A stretch of DNA of 64,000 nt from Bugula neritina (Eukaryota; Animalia; Bryozoa): the NCBI GenBank assembly GCA_964035545.1, contig OZ037765.1:5032698-5096697 (forward strand). Direction: 5' to 3'. Both the position numbers and the translations under genes were made by a program. Each line of letters opens with the position of its first letter. The stretch's first letter is position 1. The notes beneath the pieces are model-generated. The model worked only from the letters and a program-made list of their open reading frames with translations, was not told the DNA's origin and made no database searches. Below are positions 36,801 to 64,000 of this stretch, one piece after another.

Positions 36801-38727
36801 TACTTGTTGAGATCATAGGTGAGTTCTTGAATTAGCTCCACTCCCTGAAGTCTGTCCACAGTGACAGCGATGTTGGTGGGAGGACCTGCAAGCACCTGCT
36901 TATTCAGTTCATCATTGCACATTGTATTGTGATGATCATATAATTATATAATGATTCTATAATTAATGTTATAAAAATGTTACATAATAGTGATATAAAA
37001 TGCAACTCAGCTGAGAATAAAATTAATACTATAAATCAAACGTAAACAATAATAATATTTTCAATATTATTTTTGCATGGTATTTGTTCAAATTCTAAAC
37101 TTTAGAATACATTTTAATTTTTACTTGAGTTAAATCGAAATACTATATGTCTTAATATAGCAGACTGAATAAAGTATGATGAACAATTGTATTTTAAATG
37201 TCATAATAATTTTGTTCTTTTTAAAAACTAAACTTATATAGTTGAATATGAATAGTTCTTTGAAGCTTTCTCACCCTCAACTATCAATGTAAATGTTCTT
37301 TTCACAGCTCCTTTCTCACACTCATAGATGCCACTGTCATTAATGGTTACGCTATCAATATTATATGTTACGGTGATATTTCGGTACGGAGGGTTTGTTG
37401 AGCTAACAGCTCCTACATCTAAAGAATTAAAAAGATAAAATGAGCAGAACATCTTTATAAGATTATTTTTTCTTGAATATGGTTTCTCATAAATCAATAA
37501 ACTGTAGTATGTTAAATTACCAAACATTTAGTGTCATATTTCAATCTTATTTATTTTATAAATATCATGCTTAATATTTTCTTTTAAATTATGTATTATA
37601 TAAGATATAGAGTCAATTGCAAGATATGAAAAGTCAAACTAACAAATATTACCTGCAACCACCTGAGATTCAAATCCCTGAATTATCACTGGTTTGACAC
37701 TATCTAAAGAGACGGCTGTCACTACAGCAACTGTTCTTTTGGGATTGCTAACTATCATTGCATCTAAGGAAAGAGAACAAATATTTTGAAGATAGAGTTT
37801 GGTCTAATAAATCATTACTCTCACATTTTTTTCAACTGCTTTATACAAACATATTATAATATATCTTTGAAAATAGAAATACAAATTTGGAGTTATCTGT
37901 TTTGTAAGGAATTGAACAGCTATTAAACTTTAAGCTAGTGGATAGAATATAAATAGATGTGATATATACTATTTATTCGATTTTAAATTGTTGTAATTCG
38001 TTTTTTAAATAAAACCCAGACTATAGTAATCCTAGAAATGGAAATTATCTACATATGCAGAATCAAACATTTCTTATTTTACTATTCAGCGTTTCCTTTA
38101 GCTTGGCTTAAGTTAAGAGAGCAAAGAAGAAATGGTGCTGAAGAAGTATGTTGTACACCGTATTTCTTACTCTTCTGTGTATGCATGAGCACAACAAAAC
38201 CTTGTGGGTTAAAGGAGAGAAATGTTGTATACTATAGATCATATATTTTAACCGGAAAATTCTTACCTCCTAGGAAAAGTTTAGCTGAACATCTGATAAC
38301 TATAGTCTCTCCTATTTCTCGCTCTAAATCTTGAGATTGTGTATATATTGTTCCTTCTACAAAACGAAGTTTACTATATATGCAGAATGCACATATATTC
38401 TTTTGGTTTACTGCATAAACAAAGCAAAGATGCATATATTATATAGCTTTGTACGATGTATAAACAATTTTTATGATAACACATATAAACCCACCAGGCG
38501 ACCCTCCATATATCTGGCAAAGATAACCAGTATTAGTGTAATGGTTGAGTCAAACTACAGCTGGCCATGAAAAGATTTGGTATTATAAAACCTATCTGTG
38601 GCTGTTTTACATAACGAAATCCCTCAAAACTAATGAAATCTTTCAGAGCTGACTTTAACTTACCAGTGAAGGACACAAGGATTGAGGTGAGAGCTACAAA
38701 CACTGGCAGCAACAGATTCCACACCAT
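33809..38727 (-). CDS. Gene C: Ig-Ig-Ig-FN3 cell-surface protein with GPI signal (about 486 aa), recent inverted paralogue of A
   Basis: 11 in-frame exons: 38727-38664, 38356-38267, 37763-37653, 37418-37275, 36885-36674, 36438-36300, 36172-36012, 35324-35216, 35118-34997, 34543-34360, 33933-33809. The signal peptide and GPI tail (NGRSLLFIVLCFTLKNFLL*) are nearly identical to A, and intron flanks still align with A. Confidence 0.9.
34551..34735 (-). mobile_element. tRNA-derived SINE (family copy 2)
   Basis: Minus strand GGGAGCAGCCGTGGTCTAGGGG...GGTTCGAACCC followed by the shared core and tail. Confidence 0.8.
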
Positions 38728-40241
38728 CTTGTGTTCAGTTCAATAAGTAGAGGCTAGTCCTAGACAGAGCAGGGTGTGGAGTGTAAGTTTTATCTGCACC
38801 AGCGACTGTTCTTGTGGCATGACTGATAATAAAGATCCAAATTGTACATTTTTCATTAAAAGTAAAACCCAAAGCTAGTTGAATCTGTAAAGGTTTGGTT
38901 CAAATAAGCTAAAAGACATCAGAAAACTGCAGTCAATAACAACTACTTTTACTATGCCTTTCAAAATAATTTTGTTATAGCCTATAGCTGTTAGTATTAC
39001 AGAATAATTTACACTTTCAGTGTAAATTATTCTGAAATACCATAACAGGCTATAATAAAATTTATCTAGACTATTCGTATTAAAGTATTATAACATATTG
39101 CTACTGTTTTATTTTCAATGCTCGATATATTTGCTAAAGTTGAGCAAAAAGCAAAGCTGAAAATTTTGACATAAAACTGCTTACCATGTTCCTTGCAATG
39201 AAGATCTCTCATTTTAAAGCAATAAATAATTACTTAACGCAAAATTATAGCCAGTGTTTAGCAAAATTACTTAAATTATGCAACAATTGGAATATTTTAA
39301 GATCAAATACAAGAATATGACAATCATAGCAATATTATTACTATAAGCAGCTTATTCATCTTATAAGTTGACAATGTAACTTAATAAAGAGATCATGAGA
39401 TATATGCTTTAAATTGAAACTCACTGCACTACTGTTTGTTTATATCAGCTTATAATATACATCAAAGCATCAGCTGTTATTCAACCAATCACAAAAACTG
39501 TTCTAATTTGACTGTTAAAGGAGCTGCTAACATATAAGCTGCCATTTATTCTTTGTAGCAAAGTTCACACGACTCCCCCCTTTGTGTTTTTAAAATCTTG
39601 TAATACAGCTCACTTTCACTATGTTTTGTTGAAACATCTCATAATTTTCTGTTATTATATTTTGTATTAAAACTCTCATCACTGTTTAATTGACACACCA
39701 GTGTGTATAAGTGTGCGAGTGCAAGTGCGTGTGTGTGTGTGAGTGTGTGTGTATGTGTGCGTGTGTGCATGTGTGTGTGTGCATTGTCTAGAAAAAAAGT
39801 TCATGAACAACCGTTTGTTTAGAGAACAGACAGATAACAGAAAATATTATTTTTCCATGCCAGTTTATACTATTTCTCTTTATTTATCAATAGATCATAG
39901 TTATTATTATAGGTATTTGATTTATTTCAATTCTTACCTTTTAATTATTATTATACACTTCAAAAAGCTACAGGTTATACACATTCTATACAGTTTTAAA
40001 ATATAAAATTTTAAGTTGAAATTGGTTAATTTTTAAAGATGTATTAAACCATAATTTGGTCATTTAGCATAAACTGTTCTTTGGACATGCGTGTTGTAAA
40101 TTATTGTCGTTGGTTTGGATTCATTGTAATTCATACAACAGGTTTGTTAGCATGAAAGCTCTCCTCTAAAAACGCAGGTATATGTTAAATCTCCAGTCTA
40201 AATAATTTTAACAGCCCATTAAGCTGGTGGTTTGACTTTGT

Positions 40242-54224
<13,983 letters not shown>

Positions 54225-55233
54225 TTTGAAACTAAGTATATGCCAGCATAGTCAAGTTTCAACAGCTTATTTTTATTGTAAATCAATTAATTCTTTTTTA
54301 TTATTTATCACTTGTTTTTAAAATATGCAAAAAATGTTAGGAATTTTAATAATAAATAATTGGATACCTTTGTTGGTTAGACAAGCTGGCTATAGCAGAT
54401 AAAATTATGTTCCTATTTAAGCTAGGGCAAGAAATATTTTTTACACCATTAGTGATTTGCTAATTAAACGTGTTACAAGTACAACTTTTGCAGCAGGCTT
54501 ATAAGTTACAACTTAAAAAATCATGATGCAAAAATTCTGATCAAAATTTTGTAAGCATCTTGCATTTTATAGGTATAAATAAATTATTTGAAAGATAAAT
54601 CAAAGCTTAGATTTTATTGGGGAAACTTTTCTTTTTGTGCCTACAAAGATCAGCAAATTTCTTATATATTTTTTAACCAAGTAGTGTGGAGAATTGATTA
54701 GCAAATATCTATGCACTTGCAGTAAGGTCTAGTTATAGGTTCTAGAAAGTCAAATGTGAAAAGTTTTGCATGAAGCTACTTTGAATTAATATAGTTGATC
54801 CTGGATACAATAATATAATGTTATAATAATATAATAACTGTCTCTATAGATTTCATGCAAATGAATAAATGCCATAAAAACAAAAAACACTATTTTACTA
54901 AACATATTGCTAAATTATTAAAATAATTTATTGAAAATTTATTAATTTATATAGCCTTAGCTATACAAAACATAAGTAAGTTATAATACTACAAACAGTA
55001 ATATATAAAATAGATCTAAACTTTAGCATCTAATGCTGCAAAAATATTTTAAACTATGCAAATGTGGCAGCTGTTTTATTGCAATAATATTGCAAAAAAT
55101 CTAAAAATATGTTAATCGGAACAAAAAATTTCTTAAATACTTGAAATGCTAATTACTAATATTTTTAAACGATGATGTAGACTCCACATTTAAAAAGATG
55201 ATCTTTTATTTTTTATTTATAATTTTTTTACAA

Positions 55234-56669
55234 ATGAAATTAGCAATGAAAAGAAAATTTATAGGAAACTTTACAGTATTTATAGCTTGCTGTATTAGTG
55301 CTTCAACTGCGTTGGGTCAGTATAACAATATTATATGTAGCATTATGCAGCCATTATTTCTCAGTAATGCAACAAGATTAAACATTGATTTTTTATTGAT
55401 AGTGCATTTTTTGGATTTGGCGAAGATTTGTGGTTAAATTGCTAAAGAATTGCATATAATTTTTAAACTAAGTATGATAGAATTATTTAGTATTATCAAT
55501 TATGAAATAATTACAGGATCTAAAGTTCATCTTATCCTAAGAACCTAGAAACAAAGAAAAAAGGAAATAAAACTAATTAACATTTATAGCTACTTGAATT
55601 TTCACTTTATAGTTAGGATAAAAGATCTCTCAATGTTATAGACACTGTGCCAACACTATATCCAAAGTCAGGAGATCTAGAGGTTGTTGTGACAGAGTCC
55701 GTGACAATTAGATGCGATGTAACAATTACAGATAACGGTAAAATGTCTGTCTGTTCAGCAGTAAGAAAGTTAACATCTTGAGTAATACTTTTTGTTTTAT
55801 GATGAATGGTCTCAGTTATAGTGCTGTACCTATAAAGCTTGCCCCCACTGAGGTTCTACCTGTGATCTCTAACTTGCAAGCAACCGGGATAACTTTTACA
55901 CCATGGACTATGCTTGGTAATCACATCTCTACATCTCACTCAGTTCTCTGAACACCATTGGCCTTTCTGCTTTTCTCCTTCAGTCTTTAGGTTACCCTGA
56001 CTTCTCAAAAGCCACGTAGTACTACTACACTTTACTAAAGGCCAAAATGGTTTATAACATTTTTGTTCAAACTAGGATTCAAACCACGAGGACCACTGGG
56101 TAAACTCAACTCTATACACCCTGCCCTAGTGTGATTCCCAGCAAGGGGGGGGGGGCAAGCTCATTTCGTACTATCAACTGTTTGTTTTTTTATTAGAATG
56201 TTTATTGAACACTACTATATATTGGTTACATGGATGAATAGGAAACGCTCAGTGAACATACTATCTGTATATTTCATAGGTATGTGCACATGCACATATA
56301 TAAATATCATCTTGTTATAGACAATCTACAATTTCTGGCAGATGGAGTCACTGTTTTTACTTTATCAAGTGCTAATCTATCTGACTCAAGCTCCGTTGTG
56401 AAAGAAAAGTTTTCACCTTTGGTATCTTCAGGTAGGACAGTGAAATGAACTAAGCAGCTTTTGAAATCATTTTCATCTGTATTAGCATCACATCTGTTAC
56501 CTTTGTAGTGTGAAATTTAATTTAAAAACTACTTAATAACATATAATAACACCCTCAAAGCTTTTTTCTAGCGCAAGTATTTAGGCCTATAGTGAGCTGT
56601 GTGGGCAGCATTGAGGGTTTGTACAATATTTTCTTGCGTAGGCCTATAGAGAATGAATTTAATTTTAAA

Positions 56670-56735
<66 letters not shown>

Positions 56736-59700
56736 TTAGTACATATATTATTTAGCATGATGATCAATTTATATAGAGAATTGAATGATTATGTCAATAA
56801 AACAAAAAGCAATTAGCTCTTGATAACTTATGCAGTTAAAAAAGCAAACTTAAAATAATTATAACTGTTCTTTCTTGTAGAATCGAGTAGCATAAGTTTA
56901 ACACCTCCATTCTATCGCAATGTTTCCATTTTCTACGTCATTAATGAGACGGCACACAAAGATAGTGCCACGTATACATGTGAGCACGGCCCCGAGACTG
57001 CTGAAGTCAACCTCATAGTGAAAGGTAGGAAACCTAATTACTAAAATATTTTACTCTGATAATTCTATGGTAATGCTATTACATATGTAATATTATGAAT
57101 TCGATTGCTAATATTATTGATTATAAAAATTTATAAACATGTAATTTATAAAAAAATTTTTAAAAAAGACTGCTTTAGGACTTTTAGCTTTAATCCAAAT
57201 AAGCGCAGTCTTTTATAAGCACAACATTTTGAGTTCGAAAGCAAAAATGAGAAAATAAATTAATCAGAAGATGCGAAATTTTTATTTAAATGCAAAAACT
57301 CAACAACTCAAGTTCTTTGAACTTTTTAGTTTGAGCAGGTTAAATTGTTGTGAGAACGTAACTTCTTTTTCTCTTAGTTCAAAAACTGACATTTTAATTT
57401 CTCCAATTATGTACTTGTCTTAAATTGAGCTCATATCACAATATAAGAAAGTTAAGCATTCTAGCTTGCCTTTAAACACATCCCAAGTTTTTCATCAAAT
57501 TGGGGAGATTTCATTAAACAAATATACATGGTATATGATTATCATAATATCACAAAAAATACACAAAATTGTATAATGCTACTTAATTCTACTGCACACT
57601 GTAAACCACAAATGCTAATTATAATTCTTAAAATGCAGATGAAATACTTATAACTACATGTTAGTTAAAAGATTTTTAAGAAAAGTTGCAGTGATATAAT
57701 TACAGAACCTGAGAACGTTGCATTTCAAAGACAAAAAACACATAATATGCTATACATAAACTAGATTATACAAAATATTGTGATTGATTTTTTGAGTTGT
57801 TTTTTTGTTTCGTATTATTTAGCCTTAGCATGATATATTACTTAACTTTTTGTGGTGTTTTTTCTTTTGTGCACTGTAAGCTGATCTTCGTCCAAAATCG
57901 GACATGTCGTAGTGTCGGGCATCTGAGATGGAGCTTCGACACATCTGACATGTTTGGCCAAAGATCGGTAGAATATAATGGAAATCCGACGAACGTCTGA
58001 TTTTCAGAGTATACAAGGAGGTGAGCTGGCAGTGCAGAGTCTCTCTACAACTGGAGCTCGCTGCAGAAAGGCTCACTACATACAACTCTACCTTCAATAA
58101 AGATTTTCCATTGAATCACAAGGAGTTATGTTCTCCACTTAGTTATTTCTAAATCCATCAAGTTACTACAATATATGCTTTTATACTGAATTTTGTTTAT
58201 TTGATTCAGGGCCTCCGCGTGATCTCAGTCTCTTCCTGGACCCTACTGTTAATTTACATTTGAATATGGAAATTAACATTAACAACGAAACCTATTATGC
58301 GCTGGATGTTGACCGTAACAATGCGACAAGCTTCGAAATTGTAGGATTTTCAACGGCTATACCAACGGCTAATCACTCATGGTCAAAGGTTTCCCGGGAC
58401 TCAGTGAGCAAATTTTTTTTATTTATGGGTTGAGAGAGTGAGTTACATAGCCCAAGATCTACATTTATGAGTTACTAGTACATGTGGCCACAAGCTAGCC
58501 ATTGATTAAAAGCTTAAACTTGACCTGCATGACAATATATTTGCTAAAAATAAATGTTCAAAACAAATTATTATTTGAACAGGCAAGCTCATTGAGATTT
58601 CCCGTATGTTTTAACAACTTTCTCATTGCTTTATTTAAATATTTAGACATTTTGATGACTTTATAGACATAAACTACCGGCAATCCTCATCAGCTGCAGT
58701 ATATATCATTGTGATTTTGTAGTTTGAGATAAATGAAGTTCCTGATGCTATCGACAACTTGGAAATAGAAGTAAAAAACTTAACCAACATAGGAGCTGAA
58801 TATAGATTTGATGCTAGAAATGAATATGGCTCCAATCATATATTCCTCGTGATTCGAGTAGTGCGTGAGTTTATTTTGAAGCACTGAATATTATTTTGTT
58901 ATAATATTGTGCTAAAAATTTAAATAGAACTCACATTTATTAAGTATTTCTGTATATGAGGGTTTGAAACAATTTCATGTATAACTTAGTGTATATATGC
59001 ACAACTCCTATAATCTGCATTTTACTAGAGAATGAAATTCAAAGACACTCCTTTTTCAAACTCCATAAACATATTATTATTATAATATAATAATTACAGT
59101 ATAGAATGCACATAAGTAAATTAGCTCAGATTTGAACAATTACATTCAGTGATTTCTCTTGAGTATTTTGGGTAGAGGTAAACGGCCTAGTCTTAAATTA
59201 GATAAAAGTAACATAATAATACATATATGTACGTATAAATGTAGGTTTTACCAATCTTTACCATAGTACCAAAAATTATTTCATTGTGAAAGTTGCTTTT
59301 ATAAATGCGATGCTGTACAGCAACTTAAAAACAAATCTATTAAAGCAGTTTCTTATTTGATATTTAATTAAGAATGATTCGGCCAGTCATGCATTCAGTC
59401 AAAATTTTAGCTAAGAAATTTTTTCAAGTAAAGAATTAAAGAATTATCTTCTGTCCCATGTATTTGGTAATATAAAGTCCTAAAAATAGCTTCAGTTGCT
59501 GTCCTTCTATCTAATTGTCATGAAGTATTGTTTTTGTTTTGTTAGTCTTTGAGATTTTATCTCAAATCAATCAAATGCTTTCATATCAATTTGATAACTA
59601 CTATAAAATGAAGAACTGGTCAAATCTTAATAAAATTATGCTTTATATAATGCTTTTTGAAAATATATTATAGATAAGCCTGAATCACCTTATATTGTAA

Positions 59701-62700
59701 AGAAAAGATTTTACCCTAAAGAAGGCAATCCGCTATTGGTGGTGTGCTACTTTCGGGCGTATCCTACAGCTGTAATTAACTATGAGAAGAAAACTCCCAG
59801 TGGCTCTTGGACTGTGGCAGCAAATTCTGAGGTTTTAAAACTTTTTGGGACATGAAATAAATAGCTAAACTATTCAAATTAGGATTATGATCTTTTGCTT
59901 AAAATTTGCTTCCACTCTGAACTTCTGATGTTTATTTATATTTAACCAATAGAGAAACCATCAAGCCCCTGCGCTGCATATACCAAACTACACAAAAAAT
60001 GGAAAAATTTCGGATGGTACAGCCTGGGCTATATGCTGCATAACCAGGCCGTGACATACCTCAAACAGCAGCATCACTCAATTTTATTGACATCACACTT
60101 TTGCCGATCAATATAATCTGAGCCAATAATGCAATAGTGCAGTGTTCTCCATGTATAGGCTTCTCTTTGGTTGCATCTTCACAACAATAAATACAAAATC
60201 ATGGTTTAATTAAGAAACTGATATTTATATTTTATCTGAAAACTGACAGTTTTATCCGTATTTGTCAATATTGATTTTAGATAAATGCACACTTTTATTT
60301 TATTTAAAAAACAATCTAATGTAACCGTTTTTATATTATTTCATACATAATACCAAGCAACACATTTGTTGCACTGAAGTAGAGTATACTTTGTTTCTAA
60401 TAATCACTTATATTTGAAGGCAAGAGGATTATATATAAAGAATGTAGACTTTGCAACAGATGTTGGTGACTATCGATGTAACGGAGTGAACTATCTGGGC
60501 TCTGCAATGGAAGAGTTTACAGTTTTAGGTAAGAAGAAAAAATATAGAAAACACTAGATAATATTGTATCTATTTTTAGAATATTCACAGCTTTTTACTC
60601 AACGAAAGGTAGCATGATAATATTATGAAGAGTGTTAGCTGGTCATTGCAGAGGTTGCAATCATGTTATAATATGTAGTTTATTTTAGTATAAGCACTTT
60701 TTACCTTGATTTTCAGTTCTTATTGGATGAAAAAAATGCAGCCTAAAGTATAAAATACACATCACAAATTTGCAATACATATACAAATTGTAAAAAGTGT
60801 TGATCTGTCATCATCATATGCTTTGTATTTTGCTGTTAAATACCTATATAATAGAATTCAATGCTCAAGACAGAAGCAGCCTTCAACTATCTAAGTTTCT
60901 ACAAAACTATTTTGAGCGACTGTAAATACAAAGATAATTGCTGAATTAGCCTGAACTACTACTAAAATATTTTTTGCCTATATAGCCTATTTATTTTCTT
61001 AAATTCCCAAATCTTTAATTAGAATTTATGATAGCTGAAACTTTCACTACCTTAAAAAATGATCTCATCTTTCGCCAAAGGTTATTGCTCAAGTTTGGTA
61101 TAGGCCCTTCCTGTATTCTTCTAGATTTAGTGTTCTAGATTTGTTATTTACATTGCAATACTTAGTGCTTTGGTATTAAAGATCAATGATTTATAATTGA
61201 GCTGATGAAAAAAACAGTAACAACATTTGACTTGAGTAATTAATTTCATGTTTTCATTTAAATATTATCCAAAATATGATAACAGGACATTTAAGAAAAA
61301 GCCAAAACTAGAAACTTTCGTGGCTAGTTTGCAATATACACATATTTTATAATGTTGGTTACTGCAATTTGATTATGAACTAGGTTTATGATTGAGGCTT
61401 TTAATATCAGAACCTCTTCATTATGAAGCTTAAATTTTTCTTTTGCATTTAAAACTAATACAACCAAACTAATTAATCTATGATAAAAAAGGCTGAAATA
61501 ATTGACCACACATCTCTAAAAACTCCTATACTACATTTTAGCTGTTAATTATAAGCTCTAAAACATTAACCATAAAAAATTGACTAAATCCTAAAAAAAA
61601 TTTTTGTCAGGAAAAATAGATGGTTTAAATTTTCAAGTGGGAAACATTTCTACTGACGGGGTGAAACTAAACTTGAAAGTTGAATCTCTGATAGAAGTGG
61701 AGTTCATGTTGATGGTGAACTATACTGATCTGGTACGTACTTAGCAGACAGTTGAGTATATATGTACTTGGCAAACAGTCGAGTATAATATATACATACT
61801 TAGCAAACAGTTGAGTATATATGTACTTGGCAAACATTTGAGTATATATGTACTTAGCAAACAGTTGAGTATAATATATACATACTTAGCAAACAGTTGA
61901 AAATATATGTTCTTAGCAGACATTTGAGTATATTCGTACTTAACAGACATTTGAGTATATACTTCTTACCTGCCATCCCTAATGACTCTACCATTCCAAA
62001 GTTTGTAAAGATGTTACAACAAAATCAAGGGCTTTTATGTTATTCATTTAAATTCAGCAACTACTATTGGATTAGCTCGGATGATGCAGGTCATGCTTGG
62101 TTTAGCTTGAGGTAACTCCAGCTCCTGTAATAATCTGTAAAAGAAGTTCGGTTTCTGGGTTAGGGTATCCGCCTGCGGCGGCTCTCCGCAGTCTAAGATT
62201 CTGGGCTAAGCACTCACTAGTACATGCTAAACACTCTTATTAAATTTTTCACCTATTCACAATCTCCCAGTATGCACACAAGCTCTATATTGTCAGAAAC
62301 TCTGTATTCACACAAATTCTGTATCTTCAGTTTCTATACTCTATCTCACACACATTCTCATATTGTCTCACCTATTCTCACCTTTGTCCTGTTTGGGTAG
62401 CGGTACACACTTTCCTATATTGTACTTTTGAAATTATTCCATGCGGACTACTTGTTACAATTGCTACATTCACTGATAAATGGAATTGTGCTGTCTATGA
62501 AGGTAGATGCAGTAATAGAGAAATTAAGAAAAGCTTGTGTTCTAGATTAGAAATGTAGCATAAGAAGTTATGTTTTCACGAGGATTGCAACCCTCGTTTC
62601 AAACCAAAAATTAATAACAAAATTTAAGAACTTAAGATATCTCAATTTCTCTGCTACTGCTCCTAAATGTGTTTATGAAGATAATAGCAAGAATAACTAT

Positions 62701-63910
62701 CAAAATTAAAACCATGACAAAAAATGATGTCACTTAAAATTGGGTTTATCCTTTGAAAGCTTTTGCATAGAGAGACTTACAGTTTTATAAAGGCAAAGCT
62801 AGTTATTAAGATGGTGGATAAATTCACTTTTTTTTAAAAGATCTAATAATATTGCTACAATGCTTATAGAATGGAAACTCTCGGAGTTTAGAAATAGAAA
62901 TCAATGAAGTGCAAATATTGCAACCGTACAATGAAGCAGAACATATCTTTAATTTTCCTCTCCCGAGCACCACTTACACTGCCAGCTTTAAAGCTTCAAG
63001 AGAAGGCAGTTATGCTTTTTCTGAATCAGTCGCTTTTACAAGCCCTGATGGAGGTAGGCTATTTTAGTTTTGCTGTTTGTAAGCTGTACCGAGTACATTT
63101 GAGTAGGTAACATAATATTTTTATTTAATTTTATTTTTTAATATATTTAATATATTCAATAATTATAGGCACAGTCACTTGCAAAGAGTCACATCAATTT
63201 ATTTATGATAAAAACTTAACACTTTTAAATTGAAAATTATTGTTAATAAATGCAGTATACTAAGCTATGGCAGTTTTTGTAAAAAACTATCAACAATTTC
63301 GTCAACTGCTTTCTAGCAATGAATTAAGTAAACTTGTACTTGGTACAACTATCAACTTGCTGTTAATTATGCAAACTTGTATGAGTTGAAATAATGCATA
63401 AAAACAAAAAGAAGCTTATGACAAATTACTGAATGGGTTGATACACCCTCTTTAAAGCAATATGCCCTACCTATGAGATTTGATACACTGTTAAAAAATA
63501 ATTCTCTGCTGCTCAATCATAACCAAAAACTGAGGCGCGCCCCTTATGCCACTAGGCGGTCTAGCGCAATGTCACCATTGATGTAAGTTGATGTAAATAA
63601 CCAAAACTTAAAACAAATAATATATTCTATAAATCATATTTATATCAATGTGTTACAGATGTGTCATGAATACATATGTATAGAAACAGCCTGCAAGAGT
63701 AACAACTGCATATTATTAGGCCTTACAGAATTACAATTCTAAAACCTTTTAGACACAAAATTGCTTTATAGCCATTGAAATAAAACTAAACTCACCTGTG
63801 AAATTATTATTTCTTTTTTAGTAAAGAGATTAACAGCATCTGCTGTGAGTCATCACCTACCCACTTTGTTATGGTCTTTGGTTGTTCTGGTACCTATCCT
63901 ACTGCTATAG
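55234..63910 (+). CDS. Gene E: Ig-Ig-Ig-FN3 cell-surface protein with GPI signal (about 476 aa), divergent paralogue
   Basis: 11 in-frame exons: 55234(or 55246)-55315, 55642-55737, 56321-56431, 56881-57024 (DSATYTC), 58210-58403, 58723-58864, 59674-59831 (PKEGNPLLVVC), 60420-60528 (DVGDYRC), 61611-61732, 62870-63053, 63822-63910 (ASA...LPTLLWSLVVLVPILLL*). Sizes 111/144/109/122/184 match the paralogues. Confidence 0.88.
61737..61962. repeat. Minisatellite with about 25-33 bp units
   Basis: Unit TACTT(A/G)GCA(A/G)ACA(G/T)TTGAGTATA..., about 8 copies immediately after the donor of gene E exon 9. Confidence 0.85.
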
Positions 63911-64000
63911 ACATCTACGGGAGACAGGAAGTTGTTGCACAACTAAATGGTCTTTAGCAGTGAAATGTCCAAATCAATAATGTTAAAGTTGAATACAAGT

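Noticed and set aside
57880-58100. GC-richer island in gene E intron 4 with short ORFs
   Set aside because: No recognisable motif or family similarity and most frames contain stops; probably a decayed transposon fragment.
63535-63570. CTCF-like motif CCACTAGGCGG
   Set aside because: A partial match to a short motif with no supporting evidence.

Overview
AT-rich, intron-rich animal (invertebrate-type) genomic DNA; nothing here looks prokaryotic. I reconstructed six spliced genes by hand from GT-AG boundaries and reading-frame phase. (1) 311-12895 (+) is the 5'-truncated 3' part of a charged repeat protein resembling EPLIN/LIMA1/Xin-type actin binders; it has two candidate 6-nt Glu-Trp microexons. 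(2) Four complete paralogues share the architecture signal peptide-Ig-Ig-Ig-FN3-GPI signal: A + 16890-23164, B + 23931-32647, C - 33809-38727, E + 55234-63910. Their exon sizes and phases are conserved and their Ig/FN3 signature residues are non-canonical. (3) Embedded in this cluster, D (- 40242-54224) is a 19-exon chimeric semaphorin, SP-Sema-PSI-Ig-FN3-FN3-GPI. Its Ig, FN3 and GPI exons match the neighbouring family in sequence, size and phase, which points to local exon shuffling. One intron of D holds, in sense orientation, an intact type I hammerhead ribozyme inside a (TA)n-flanked retrozyme/Penelope-like element. A core-mutated copy lies antisense in the homologous intron of B. tRNA-derived SINEs, two MITEs and mini/microsatellites are also present. 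Domain names come from visual motif recognition; no database search was run.
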